Below are positions 50,577 to 63,907 of a stretch of 64,000 nt of DNA, piece by piece. The DNA comes from Rozella allomycis CSF55. Lineage: Eukaryota. The notes below the pieces were generated by a model. The model saw nothing but the letters and a program-made list of their open reading frames with translations, was not told the DNA's origin and ran no database searches. The stretch covers positions 1 through 64,000 of the forward strand of contig KE561022.1 of the NCBI GenBank assembly GCA_000442015.1. Reading direction: 5' to 3'. Position 1 is the stretch's first letter. Each line of letters starts with the position of its first letter. Position numbers and translations under genes: made by a program.

Positions 50577-53258
50577 TTATTGCAGGTACAATTCGTAGCT
50601 GTTGCCAGATTTGATGTAAGCATTGTAGATATCAATTTTTGTTTTCGAAGCTATATTTTTTCCGTTTATATCTTTTGGCGAAACATAGTTTTCATAAGTT
50701 AGTTTATCTTTTTCTGGAATCTGAATGTTTCCAACATGCGATTTCAGATAACGCTGGAAATATGGATATTCACTATGAGATTTTTCATCGTCGACGGGAT
50801 GTTGGGCAAATTGAGTTGTCTTATTAACATACCTTTCATAGTCAGATATATCATTTTTATGAACATGAGGATCAGACAGGATATTGGCTATTTTGGATAT
50901 AGATGTAGATCTGATATGTGCGGTTCGAACTGATCTTTTTCTAGAATTATCTTCTGATTTTTTTAAGAGTTCTATTCTGTGACTGTACTTTCCTCCTGTT
51001 AACAAAACTTGCTCTATGCCTGAACCCACATTTACTTCAACTCGTCCTGACTGTGATCTTGAAACAAATGGGCTTTCATTCATTTGGCTATCCTTGCCCA
51101 TTTGCTCTGTACTTAAAATTTTCATGGCGTACATTGAACCAAGAGATTCCAATCTCGGTTGATAGTTCAATTTCCAAAGGTACGATGTTAACAGCGCGCA
51201 CTCATCGAATGACGCTATTATAATACTCTTGGAATCTTACTTGATATTTGAACACTATTTTGAAATTTTTCAGTGAACCAATAAATATAGGAAGGATACT
51301 TTTCATATCTATTTCTGAATCGTAAATGCAATGGCGCATCTGTAGGAAGATCTGAAATATTAAAATTTAAGGCAAAAGGTTTGAATTTTCCAAGGAAAAT
51401 GTTAATAGCTTCTTGTTTCTCTTTGTCATTAAAGGAATTTGAATAGAAACGTTTAATTGAGTTAATAAGATCTCTTGAATGTGATGACCATCCAGATGAT
51501 TTGCGATAAGTTTCAATCGTATTGACTAAGTTGCTACCGCCATATTGTAGAGCTAATGTATCTCCATGGTCATGATACATTTCAGCCAATATCTTAATGG
51601 CATCGCAATCCAAGTCTAGAAAATTATCAGAGAAACATCCAAGACATTTAAGCTTTTATATAAGAATATAAAAAAATACTTGAAGAGTAAGTGCCTGCCT
51701 TCCAATCATGAATTGAGCCGCATTGGTGCGATCTAGGCAATCGATGCAATTAGTTCTGATAATTCCTTTCTGGACACTACGCATGCATTGAATAGAAATT
51801 CATTTACTTTATTTCTACTGACCCGCTTATCCTTGAGTGATAAATTTGACATTTTCGGATTAGCATTTCCGATATCGATTCCAACTCCTTGATGACATTT
51901 ATTGATGGGCTTTTAAAATTTAAGATGAAAGATACTTTTTAGCTGCTCGTGACATATCCCACGATAAATAATCGATTTTACAACACAAGAATTGATTTAA
52001 GTATGAAATTGCATTTTGATATTCTTTTGAAACAATACTTTCTCTGGGAATCTTTTCCGTTTGCTATTTTTACAAAATATATTCTTTACTTTGACCAAAT
52101 CAAATATCATTAATGGTCCACCATGACGTTCAAAAATCCTATCAAAATGTTTTGCAGTTTGAACATAGAATGGGTCATTTAAAACCACTATTAACGTATA
52201 TGAAAATAAAATACACTGGATAGGTGGTTTTGGTGCCATATTTTGAACTTCTTGAGCCCAATAAAGAGGAATCGATCCTCGCATTTGAACAAAACTTGTA
52301 ACTTGCCCAGAAAAAAACTTTGTTGTTGACGCATCATGAACAATTTGCTCTGTTTCCACCTCATTTGCAGCGTAGCCCTTGACTCCTTACTATCTATAAA
52401 GGTTACATTGTCATTAACACCTCGTTTAAAAAATCTGGCTCCAGCAAATTCAGCAGATCTTCTTGCAATTAATGTAAAATATATAGGCTTCCCATAGACT
52501 GAGATTTCATTTTTCTTTAAAATAATATATTTACTTGCTTGACCGACAAATCCATAAATTATTGGGACAATCCAATTTGTTTCATACGGCTTCATGTCGA
52601 ATGGGAAGAACTGGTGGTTCCAAATAAACATTTTATTGAAGCTTAAAGGTTTAGATGAATCTTTGGTTATTTGCTGAACAGTTTTGGACAAGTTGTAGGT
52701 GAAAGAAAAGTAAAAATTCTTGGTCAAGTCAATCCCCTTGAACAATTCTAAATATCTATAATAATATTATATCATTCTTGCCTCTTTTCTTCGTTTGAAA
52801 TGTCGCTTGCAGTAACTGACATAATTTCAACACTATCAATGTGATGAATACTGTGTATTCCAAGCTGAGCGACCACACTACTTTTACTAACTAGAATCAT
52901 GAACCAATTTTCCAGTATTTTGTAAAATCCTTTGACTCGATTAGTCTTTTATTACCAATACAAGCGACGAATGTGCCAAGATATTGACATCCGCCATTGA
53001 TCATGTTCCCTTCATTTACCATGTTTAAAACATCGTCAACTTGACTGCTAGAATACTCTGTAGGGTCTTCATGCAAAGCAAAATCATTATGTTCTCTTTC
53101 TATTTTCAATATTCTCCACAAATCCCCAAAAATGGTTTTAGCAGTTAGATAGTATTTCTAACAAAACAGTCATTCATTTTTACTGCTTTAGTTTCGTACA
53201 AATTAAGCAAGTTAAAATTGTTAAGATGTTTTCCATTAATGAATTGAGTTTCAAACAT
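50577..53258 (-). CDS. FIG4: SAC-domain PI(3,5)P2 phosphatase Fig4
   Basis: [46 protein letters not shown]. Confidence 0.93.
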
Positions 53259-53348
53259 ATCAGCCGTAATTTGAGTTTGAGACAGAAAATTCAGTATTTT
53301 ATTACCTGCCTTGATGTTTCAAATATATAATCTAAAACATAAGAACAG

Positions 53349-53422
53349 GCTCCCATAGCTCAGTTGGTTAGAGCGTCGTGCTAATAACGCGAAGGCCGCA
53401 GGTTCGACCCCTGCTGGGAGCA
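53349..53422 (+). tRNA. tRNA-Ile(AAU)
   Basis: GCTCCCA/TGGGAGC-A, anticodon arm TCGTG-CTAATAA-CGCGA, followed by TTTTT. Confidence 0.95.
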
Positions 53423-53533
53423 TTTTTGGTCACTTTTCTTATCAACTTTCAATTTCATCACAAAAATTCCATAAATAGAAGAAATCAAACTAGTAACCAG
53501 TATTAAGGCAAGGGTCCTGCATCAATATTTTCA

Positions 53534-55934
53534 ATGAGGCCACTACGCCACCTTAAAAGACTAATGTCAACGGCTCCTATTTGTAAATCCATGATTTATA
53601 GCCACGTTTATCACGGAGAAACTTTCAAAGATTCATATCAATGGTTGCGTGACGATTCTAGACAGAACAAGGATGTTTTGTCATATCTTGATTGCGAGAA
53701 CGATTACACCAGACAAAATCTGGTTGACCCGTTAAAAGAGTTAAAGAATACGCTTTATAAAGAATTCGTGTCTAGAATGCAAGAAGATGACCAAGACGTA
53801 CCTGTTCTTAAGGGTAATTGTAAATTCAATGGCCAGCAAAGATAATTTTCTATACTTTAAGAAAGTTGAAAAAGGGAAACAATATCAGATTTATTGTAGG
53901 AGGCTTGTTGATTCGAAAGAAGAAAGAGTAGGATTTTTGTAATTTTTGTTTTTAGGTTCTACTGGATTTAAATGATGAAGAATTCAAGAAACATTCATTT
54001 TTGAATGTTGGAAGTTACTCAGTTTCTGTTGACCATAAAGTAAATAGTTTTTGATTTACATAGAAGATAATTGCCTATTCACTCGATACCTTTGGCGGAG
54101 AATCATACAAAGTGAGAATTAAAGATACCACAACTAATGAAGAAAAGGAGATTGCTGACAATTCATACTATTCTTTAACCTGGTCAAATAGCAGTCAAAA
54201 TATATATTATGACGTCCATGATGATATAATGCGTCCGTATGAAATTACTGCAAGGTGTGATTAGTTATAAAATAATGATGCAAAACATAAAGACCGGAGA
54301 GAATTGTGTTGTGTACGAGGAGACTGATCCAAAGTTCTCCGTTGGGCTTTCTAAGAGCGATGATAAAAAATACATCTTTCTACATTCTCAAAGTTCTCTG
54401 ACCAGGGAGGTCAGAATAATTGATGCCAATGATCCTAGAAAAGGTAATATAGAAAAATTGATCGCAGAAGATGTTATGTGCTTTAGACAAAGAGAGGTGA
54501 ATCATCGTTATTACATCCAATCATCTCCAATAGGATTTCTTGTTTTATCCAATAAAGAAAACAAGGAAAATTTTCAACTATATTTGGCGCCAAACGCAAA
54601 TTCAAGTTGGATTGAGCTCTTGCCTTATGACAAAGATGTTTATTTAGAAGATTTCAGAATATTTAAAGATTATTTACTTTGTATGGTTGGTTCATTCCTT
54701 TTTAAATAGTATTTGAAAGATCTTCAGCCACTGTGAAAGTTAGGGTGATCCCATTCTTATTTGAATCATCTCAATTAGATATAGCAAATAGTTATTACAT
54801 TGAAATGGAAGATGAAATTTATTCTGTTTCTGATCATAAAGAGCAGCAATTTGAAAACAATATTTTGTAATTTTTTCGTACATCCCGTAAAACAGTCGAT
54901 TTTCATATTCTTCTTTAATTCAGCCGGAGAAAGTTATTGATTTCAATTTAAAGACCAGGGATAAAATAATAAAGAAAGAAAGAGTAATTGATGTCATTAT
55001 TGAATATCAAGATTGTAAATGGATTCTCAAAGTCTGACTATTGTGTTAAACGCTTATATGCCAAAGGACATGATGATGTTAACATCCCACTTTCTTTAGT
55101 TTACAAAAAGGCGTTGTTTAAAGGTGACGGAACAAATCCGTGTTTACTCTACGGGTATGGATCTTATGGCATATGTATTGACCCTTCATTTCGATCCAAT
55201 TGGATAAGTTATTTAGATAGGGGGTTTGTATGTGTCATAGCCCACATAAGAGGTGGTGGTGATTGTGGAAGGAGTTGGTATAACAATGGGAAATTTCTAT
55301 CAAAGAAAAATACGTTTAAAGATTTTATCTCTTCAGCCGAGTTTCTTTTGGACAATAAATTTACGTCGCCGGCAAAACTTGCTATTGAAGGTCGCTCCGC
55401 TGGTGGACTTCTTATAGGTGCTGTACTCAACGAACGACCAGAATTGTTCACTGCTGCCGTTGCAGGCGTTCCTTTTGTGGACGTTATTAACACCATGATG
55501 GATGAGTCCATTCCTTTAACAATTAATGAATACGAGGAATGGGGAAATCCCAATGATAAAGTAATTCATGTCTATGTCTATTAAAGACATTCTTTGACTA
55601 CATGCTTTCTTATTCTCCTTACAATAATATCCCTGATGATGAAAATATCAGTTTTCCAAATTTGTTAGTTACTGCTGGTCTTCATGACCCTCGAGTTGTA
55701 ATTTACATAATACCTCTCATTATTAGCAATATTGGGAACCAACGAAATATGTGGCCAAATTAAGGGCATCAAAGATAAAGAAAAAGGTAAAGACTGGCGT
55801 AAATTCTAAATTAGGCGCTCTTTCTTAACATGGAAATGGTTGGTCATTTTGGATCTTCAGGCCGTTACGCCTACCTCGAGCACATTGCATTAGACTATGC
55901 TTTTGTGATCAATTACTGTTTAAATACAAAATAA
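53534..55934 (+). CDS. Oligopeptidase B (peptidase S9A)
   Basis: DSYQWLRD, YGYGSYG, HIRGGG, GRSAGG (catalytic Ser), EWGNP, DPRV, GHFG. Confidence 0.92.
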
Positions 55935-55946
55935 AAGGTCTCTTTA

Positions 55947-56769
55947 TTAAACTTTTTTGTGTTTGTATGAAGATGAGGGGCATGAGTCCCGTAATAGGCA
56001 TTGACCACACAAGGGATTTCTAGGTAAGCAAATCTGTTGACCGAATCCAACCAGCAATGGATTTATATCTCTCCAGTATTCCATTGGCAACCAATCCTGT
56101 AGTTCCTTTCTTGTGTCCTCGGGAGTTTTTGTCCCAGAAACCCATTTTAATCTGTTAGATATTCTGTGAACATGAACATCCACGCCTATACCCAAATTTC
56201 TAGAAAATGTATTTGTTATTTGCTTTACTGCTTCCAAGCTACTTGCATTGTTATATATGCCATTTTTGGCCCAACTCCTGGAAGAGAGGTCAACTAAACA
56301 TTTATTACATAAAATTTCAACATACTTCACCAATGGTATCTGGAATATCTTCATCATATTTCTGACAAAGTAATTCTGAGGTGTCCTTCAAATACTTGGC
56401 CTTGCGTTTATGGAATCCGACTTTGGAGATGCAGTTATCTATTTCTTCTTCACTCATTTTAATGACAGAGCTTGGTTTAAGAGGGGTTTTATATTCCATC
56501 AAGCAATGTTCATTTAGTTTGTGAAACGCCTCAGCTGTTATCGCATCTTTTGTCTGCGAAGAGAGCATTAGAGATACAAGCGTCTGAAATCTAAATATCT
56601 ACTAGTTTTTGGCATTGGATTAAAGTACTTTTGGTGAAAGACTCTTATCAGCTAGCCTTTCACAGCCTAAAGAATCAACAGGAGCATTTCGACTTTCTCG
56701 CATCTTTTCTAAAAGTGTAAGAGTATCTTTCCAATCCTTTGGGGGTAAGATCGTCTTTTTTGGAGACAT
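55947..56769 (-). CDS. NTH1: Endonuclease III homolog
   Basis: [34 protein letters not shown], Fe-S motif C-x6-C-x2-C-x5-C. Confidence 0.95.
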
Positions 56770-56852
56770 TGTTTTAACCAGGGAATTAATGTAGATCGGG
56801 GATTTACAGTTGATGGTGGTTTGATAATATTTTTTGGATCAAATAAAAATAA

Positions 56853-56924
56853 TTCCGCATCGGGGAATCGAACCCCGGCCTTTGCGGTGAGAGCGCAAAA
56901 TCCTAGCCACTAGACCAATGCGGA
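56853..56924 (-). tRNA. tRNA-Glu(CUC)
   Basis: TCCGCAT/ATGCGGA-A, anticodon arm TTGCG-CTCTCAC-CGCAA. Confidence 0.95.
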
Positions 56925-56995
56925 TGTGTNACGGTTAAATGTTGTCATTATTCCTACTTATTGTGGAACCAAAAATTAGATTGGTAAAATTGATA

Positions 56996-57041
56996 TTCCG
57001 CATCGGGGAATCGAACCCCGGCCTTTGCGGTGAGAGCGCAA
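56996..57041 (-). tRNA. Second tRNA-Glu(CUC) copy, 3' part only (cut by N 57042)
   Basis: 46 nt identical to 56853-56898 but with a different flank. Confidence 0.7.
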
Positions 57042-57042
57042 N

Positions 57043-57908
57043 TGAAGTTGGGATTTAACAATTTGTCAATCAGAGGATTTGAGATTTTATTTGATGGGCT
57101 TTCTGCAACCAAAATAAGTTCATTGGATCTATCATTTAGTCTGGGGCCTTTTCCATGGAATGTTTTAGCCGCTAAAATTCTAAAGTTGAAGCATTTAAAG
57201 TCGTTGAATTTATCAGGGGTAGTATTAAGACAAGAAAATTTGAAACATTTGTGTGATATTCTTTCACTATCTAATATTGAAAACATATCTTTAATGGGAA
57301 GTTTTAATGCAGTGCCCTCGTCAGTATTGAAAAGAGAGTTACCTGCCGTGTTTAAATGTATGAAAAAGATAAAGTCTTTGAATCTTTCGTATAATAAATT
57401 AAATCCTGAAATTTTGTGGAGTTTGACCAAATCGATGAAAGAGTTAACCAATTTGCGAGTGCTGAAGTTGTCGAATACGAATATTTTGGATGCTGACTAT
57501 TTTACAAGAAGAAAGTTGTTGTCTGTAGGATTTGTTTTCAGATTTATTGAGAGTGTGAAGAATGTTGAAGTGTTGGATGTCAGTGGAAACAATTTGGGGT
57601 ATGAGGGGGCTAAATTGATGTTGAAGGAGCTGAAAGAGAGGAATAAGAAGATTAGAGAGAATGTGGTGAGGATTGAGAATGAGTTGATATTTTGTAGAGA
57701 AATAAATGATAGCGAGTTGAGAATAGCCAGGGAAAAGAGATTTAGAAAAGAGTTGAGGGAGTTGAAGGAATTGGAAAAGAGATTTAAAGTTTTAGCGTTT
57801 TATAATTGTAATGTAGCGTTTAAGGCGCCTGGGGGTATTATTGATGAGTTGAACTCAGATGACTTTTTACAAAATGTGTTAAAAACACTTTTAAAGCCCT
57901 TTGTGTAA
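57043..57908 (+). CDS. RNI-like LRR protein, 5' truncated at N 57042
   Basis: LKSLNLSG, IKSLNLSYNKL, LRVLKLSNT, VEVLDVSGNNLGYEGA. Confidence 0.75.
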
Positions 57909-58065
57909 TATCGGGATTTTCTGCTATTAGTGGATCGTGCCTGGCAAAAGCGCATGGATAGGGTCTTGGTTATAAACGAATCTGTCGTGGCCCGCTGTAA
58001 CCCGTAAAATTAGAACGTATAGTGCTTGCACTGTGCTAGTATGGTTGTTANACTATTATTTGCAT

Positions 58066-60687
58066 TTATTCAAGGGGATTAGTATTGATCTTTTTAAATG
58101 TAAAAGGAAGAAACTTGTAGCCATTGCCCCCATAAAATTTAGAGTTGAATTCAACCCAATGAAGACGCATGGCATGAAGAAAGGCAGATAGACCTTCCAT
58201 GCCGAGTAGAATGCCGACTGTTAAAGCAAACCAAAAGTAGAAACCAATGTAGAGCATGAAGAAGCTGCCTCTGCAATTGTCAATAATCATTGTCCAAAGA
58301 ACATCAGATAATTCTATGAGAGAAGAGTGAATAGATTACGCGCATGAGCTAGAGAAAGAGCCCAGAGACGAAGATAAGACGCTGTGTTTGAAATGCAGCC
58401 GAGAGCGAATTCAATTGTGTGGATTGTTTGATGAACAAAAATTTCACCAAATTCAAAGTGCTTAATTTAGTGAGATTTAATTGAATTACTTGATGTGCAT
58501 TATGAGAGGTTGAATGGTCGTTGGATGGGTTATTTGACTCTGGATCAGCGTTTAAAGGAATAGACTCTGAATTTAGAGGAACAACTTCTTCTCTGGTGGG
58601 AGAATGAGTTTGAACAGAGTTGTATCCAATTGAAGTTTTTTTCAAATGCTGATGGCGAAGATAAAAGGGTTTAACAAACCAAAGGATTGGAATGCAAAGA
58701 ACAGCAACAACTACAAGAATCATTTGAATTTGTTTCTGTCCACTGTATAAAGGATATTTAATGTCACTCCCAAAATCTAAAAACATTAAAATTAGCATGT
58801 TTAATAAAGAAGGTGGATTTGACATTGAAGATTGATTAATCCATTTGAAAATTATCATTACAGCCAAATACCCAAAAATTGAAGTCATAAACACAACTTG
58901 TGGGATAAATTCACATAAAATAGACAAATAATCTTTTCTATGCAAATGATTCAACAAACTCAAAAATATTCCAAACAACATCTATTAAATCAATTTCAAT
59001 TCTATTACATGTAACACTCCAATTATTATGGCTTGCTTCATTTTATATGAATTCAAAAACAATAAAATATTCTCAGAATCATGCCACGATGGATCTATTC
59101 CAAATGGATACACTTTCCCATTAAACGTTGAACTCCCATCACGTGCAAAGTCAAATCCAGATTCAAAAAAATAAATTGCTTTAGAGAAAATATCATTGTA
59201 AATCAATCCAATATAAAGCGAAAATAATCCCATAAGAAATATCATGTATCTCCCTCCAACAACAGTCTGCGTCATTTCCCCTTTTATTTTACTCAATTCT
59301 TTCTCTTTCAATATCAAATAAATTCCAATCAATGTCATCAACATTCCATGTCCAAAATCTCCAAACATCACACTAAACAGAAATGGAAACGTTATCACCG
59401 TAAACAGCCCTGGATTCACCTCTCTATACGTCGCCATCCCATACGAATCTATAATCTCCTGAAACGCAACTGTATATTTATTCGTTCTATGAAAAGTTGG
59501 AGGCTCTAAATTAGTCTTCATCTCATGCATCACTGACGCCATCATAGTTCCACTCTTCTCACTAGCTGTCCTCAACGCTATAGTCACCTCCCCAAGCTTA
59601 TTCTTTGGTGCCCATCCCTCAGCTATCAAACATCTTCTACTATCATCATAATTAAACATATTCATCGTATGATAAATAGCCTTTTCTCTCCTAACTACAA
59701 ACGTCCATTCTCCAATCATCTCAATCACCTGGCTCAACACACTCCTCCTCGTTTGATTCGTATTGTATATCACACTATTCAAATCTTCCAATCTAGCGGC
59801 TACTTCAAGCGAATGCTCCCGCCTCTTCTCCGCAGAATCATCAATAGAATACAACGTTGCACCCAACGACTCGCATATCTTTTTTATCTTATTCAATATC
59901 TCTTTCCCATGCGCAAATATCAAAAACACATTCTTCTCAATCACATCCCCTGTATTCGGTTCCTTCATCACCTCATCAATCTCACTATAATTCAAATACA
60001 AATTCCCTCTCAACGCCCTCCACAACACCCGCTCAAATGTAATCATCTTCTTCCTATCAATCACCCCAGCTACAAACCCCAGTCCACTACTCTTCGTCAG
60101 TCTCTCAGGCTTCCCCTCCTCAATATCCTGGTGCAGCAACGGCCTCTCATGGTCATCTGAATGCACCCCCATCATCCTATCCTCCTGCCGCGCTGTCACC
60201 TCGGTAAAAAAATTTGCTGTATCCCGCAACACATGCTTCAGCTCTGTCATCTCCAAATGCCGCTTCTCCAAATTCTCCTGCGATCTATTCATCTCCTCCA
60301 ACCGACTCGCCAAATCATTCACACGCCGCTCAAGCTCATCCAACTCTTTCACAGAACGCGGGAAATACCGCGTATCAGGCTCCACCAACACCATATCCAT
60401 CTTGCGCGCTTGGCTCGCTATAAACCCTACTACCAGAAACTATCACCCTTACGAAGATTCCTCTCAATCTCATCAAATCTTCTAATCTCATTCACAAACG
60501 TTCGCTGGAAAGGATTCACATTCGCGTTCATCTAGTTACTCTGTTTACACTATATTACATCCCGGAAATGCACCAAATCTAACTCGCCCAGTTCTGACAC
60601 AGTTCCTTGCGCTACCTCAAACGGTATATACAGCTGGATAAGCGACATTACCTCGGAACGAAGCAACGAACTTGGAACAACACTCAT
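58066..60687 (-). CDS. VPH1: V-ATPase V0 subunit a
   Basis: [59 protein letters not shown]. Confidence 0.96.
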
Positions 60688-60820
60688 TAATCGACAAGGG
60701 TCTATGTACACAAACTAAAGATTAGAGGCAAACATAATAACATTACATAGAAAATTAATAATGTAATATTAAAATAGATAAAATTTAAAACTAATAATTT
60801 ATATCAATGATAATATGCAT

Positions 60821-61783
60821 TTATTGTGGAGCAGCAAAAACATTCAATTTTCTATTACGGAAAACAATCTTCTTTGCAGCAATCAATTTATTGGCTTCTT
60901 CAACATTCTCACATTCAACTACAGCATGTCTTTTAACAAGAATAAATATAAATTACCCCTTTAATTTTTCAGAAAATTCACGTTTAGGAAGTGTGACATT
61001 AACAACCTTGGCGATTCCTTCAACAATCTTTTTAATATCTTCAGCAGAAACTTTTTCTCCCTTGGCATTAAAGTTTCCAAGTCCAGAGATATGAACAACA
61101 TTGGATTCAACTGGCTCAGCATCACCCTCTTTTTTGGCCTTTTTATTCTTCTTTGTGTAATCGTCAGAAGCTTTGATCAACAATGAACGTCCATCAAGCT
61201 TTTGTTCGCTCAAAGCAATCGCCTTTTTCTGTCCTTGTGCAGTCTCAAACTGGATAACGCAATGTCTACTAACCTACAAATAATAATCTTACCCCTTGTT
61301 TCTTCCGCCAGCTACTTTTGGAAGATACATTCTAACAATCTTTCCGCAGTCCTTGAAGAATTCGCGGATTTGCTCTTCACTGGTAGTATACGACAGATTG
61401 CCAGCCCAAACACCATTCTTGTTCTTTTCTACGTGCTCGGATTTAGCAGCAACATGCTCGACTTCAGATTTTCTCTTCTTGTTTGTCTTTTTAGCTGGCT
61501 TGGCTTTTTCTGAAACAGCTTCCTTGGCTTCTTCTTGTTGGCTGGATTCTGAAACAGATTCTTCCTTGATTTCCTCCTCCTTCTTTTCTTCTTTCTTTTC
61601 TACAACTGCCTCCTCTGGCTTGGAGGCCTGGCTTTTTCTTGTGACTCTCTTGACAGGCTTCACTGGCTCAGATTTCTCTGTCTCGGTAACTGGTACCTCT
61701 TCAGCCTTTTTTTCTGTTGAAGCGTTTTTTGAGCCTTTAACTGAAACTCTTCTTTTTTTATCAGCAGCTGTTTTGGGGGCCAT
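60821..61783 (-). CDS. Lys/Glu-rich two-RRM nucleolar-type RNA-binding protein
   Basis: VWAGNLSYTTSEEQIREFFKDCG plus a second degenerate RRM. Confidence 0.75.
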
Positions 61784-62082
61784 GAGAATTTTTCGGTGGC
61801 TTGGTGGTTTCTGGTGTGTTCCATTGTTCGTTCCATTACAATTATTATTTTTGTTGATTAGAAATACATTTTTACAAAATTTTTCTATTATTTAATCTTA
61901 ATTGGCCTATGAATTCAGAATCATTGTACTGATTTCACGAGGCGTCGAGACCAAGTTAAAATAAAGATTGAAATATGAGTTATACATCTATTAAAACAAT
62001 TTCATTTCACCTATTGCATTATCAAATAAATACCCGCCAAAAATATATTAATTTTTTAGTTTTGGAAATTTCTAGAAATCTT

Positions 62083-62843
62083 ATGGATTACTACCAAATT
62101 TTAGGAGTATCACCTGCAGCTACAGTTGAAGATATTCGCAAAGCGTAAAGATCATTGAAAGTTATAATTAATTAGATATCGCAAGCTTGCATTGGAATGG
62201 CATCCAGATAAGGTGCGACCAGAGTTACGTGAAGAAGCTAATGTAAAGTTTAAGCTGATATCGGAAGCATACGAAATACTATCCGATCCTCAAAAGAAGC
62301 AATATTATGATAGATATGGCAATGATGAATACGATGCAACAACGGGTAAATTATAATGCCGATTCTTGAAAGGAAAGCATCATAGCCATTTTGAGTTTCA
62401 TGATCCTGAAGAGATATTTAGAAGCATGTTTAGTATGTTTGATAGTGGATTTGGTCGAAATGCATTCTCTGATTCGTTTTTTTCAAGGGGATCAAGGGGC
62501 AGGAACTCTTTCTTTGACGACGATGATGATTTCTTTTCAGGAAGATTTCCAAGTTCATTCAATTCAATATTTGGAAGCTTTGGTGATTCCAATCAAGATC
62601 CCGGGAGAAACACGAACAGGTCTGTATATACATTTCCCCAAGGGATGACTTCTCAAAGCACATCAGTTCAAATAATCAATGGGCAAAAGACAACAAAAAC
62701 TACCATGATTGATGAAAAAGGTAATGTATCAATAATATCTTAATTGTAAAGGAAACAAGACAGAAATAACTGAAACGCCTGATGGACAAAAGAAAGTTCT
62801 GCTCAATGGGGTTCCGCAAGATCCACAAAAATATCTTAAATAA
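62083..62843 (+). CDS. Class B J-domain protein (DNAJB6-like)
   Basis: MDYYQILGV...WHPDK...[13 protein letters not shown]-rich region [17 protein letters not shown]. Confidence 0.85.
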
Positions 62844-62910
62844 CTTTTGATTTAATAAAAGCATTTTCTATCTAACGCTTGGAGATAAAATCTGTGCAAA
62901 TTTATTTGAC

Positions 62911-63416
62911 TTAAATGTTATCAATATCAGCGTCTCTAAGCTGTTGTGGTGGTACATCATCTTCATCAGAGCCCATCATATCGTTGTCATCTTCCGGCTC
63001 TCCCTCAGCTACTTCCATAATATTAACTAATTAACCAAAAAGATTTAAAATACCATCATCCGGCAATTCTCCTTCAGCAACTAATTGTCTAGCTTCATCA
63101 GGAAAATATTTAGCAATAATATCGCACTTGTCATCTTGAAAATCACGCAACGAGCACAAAACAATGTCACCGGTACCTATCCAAACCTTTTTGCGCATTT
63201 TTCCACGAATATGACCTTGTCGTTTTTTACCGTCAAAGCATGATAGTTCTACGCGAGCGTTCCCAAGCTATTTTGGAGAAAATAAACACGGGATACCATT
63301 TTAACAACTTGGCCGTATTCTTGCTCTTCGTCTTTGTAAATTAATTCTCTTTTGCTTTCAGATTCGGATTTTCCCTTTCTACGGTTCTTACCGCCTTTGC
63401 CTTTAGGTTTTGGCAT
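62911..63416 (-). CDS. EIF1A: Translation initiation factor eIF1A
   Basis: [39 protein letters not shown], acidic tail DIDNI. Confidence 0.96.
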
Positions 63417-63479
63417 TTTTTCTAAGCAGGGGTGGGGAAAATCGGCTCATTTATATTATCATAAAAAAATCTTGCAAGA

Positions 63480-63907
63480 GATATAAATGATGTTGTAATG
63501 ACTCACCATTACGGGTTGTTTGTAATTCTAAATGAGTGAAAATAGAAAGTGGAAAATGAAGAGTATGAAAACAGATTATGAGATTTTCTCCTTATGTTGA
63601 ACACGTCTGGAATAAAACAGTGGAAGAAGGAGGCTCATGAGGTCTCGGAGTCGGGATCAAAAAATGAAGAACAAGCGTGAGGCCAAAGGTTTGATATTTT
63701 TCCCTTTCTGTATGGAATCAACTGGAGGAATGGACGTAGATTCTTTGGCTTTCCTTAAAAGTATCGCACATGCAGTGTCCAATGTGCAAAATGTCGAAAC
63801 TAATGTGGTATACCACAGAGTACAGACTAAGAATTAGTCTAAGATTAAAGATAAGTTTTACATTAGCAAAAAGGAATGCATCAATGATTCTTAGAAGACT
63901 GGCATAA
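63480..63907 (+). mobile_element. Degenerate non-LTR retrotransposon C-terminus (RLE, CRE-like)
   Basis: DVVMTH...KMKNKREAKGLIFFPFCMESTGG...; after a frame break, KISFTLAKRNASMILRR. This matches the RLE-terminal pattern. Confidence 0.65.

Noticed and set aside
56931-57041. Split or trans-spliced tRNA-Glu half
   Set aside because: The truncation coincides with N57042, so it is more likely a full copy cut by the assembly.
58020-58040. Helitron-like 3' end (AGTGCTTGCACT then CTAG)
   Set aside because: The hairpin is too short, the spacing is atypical, and there is no 5' end or second copy.
59669-61895. Long antisense ORFs (59669-60160, 60161-60535, 61296-61895)
   Set aside because: These are shadows of biased codon usage in the V-ATPase a and RRM genes.
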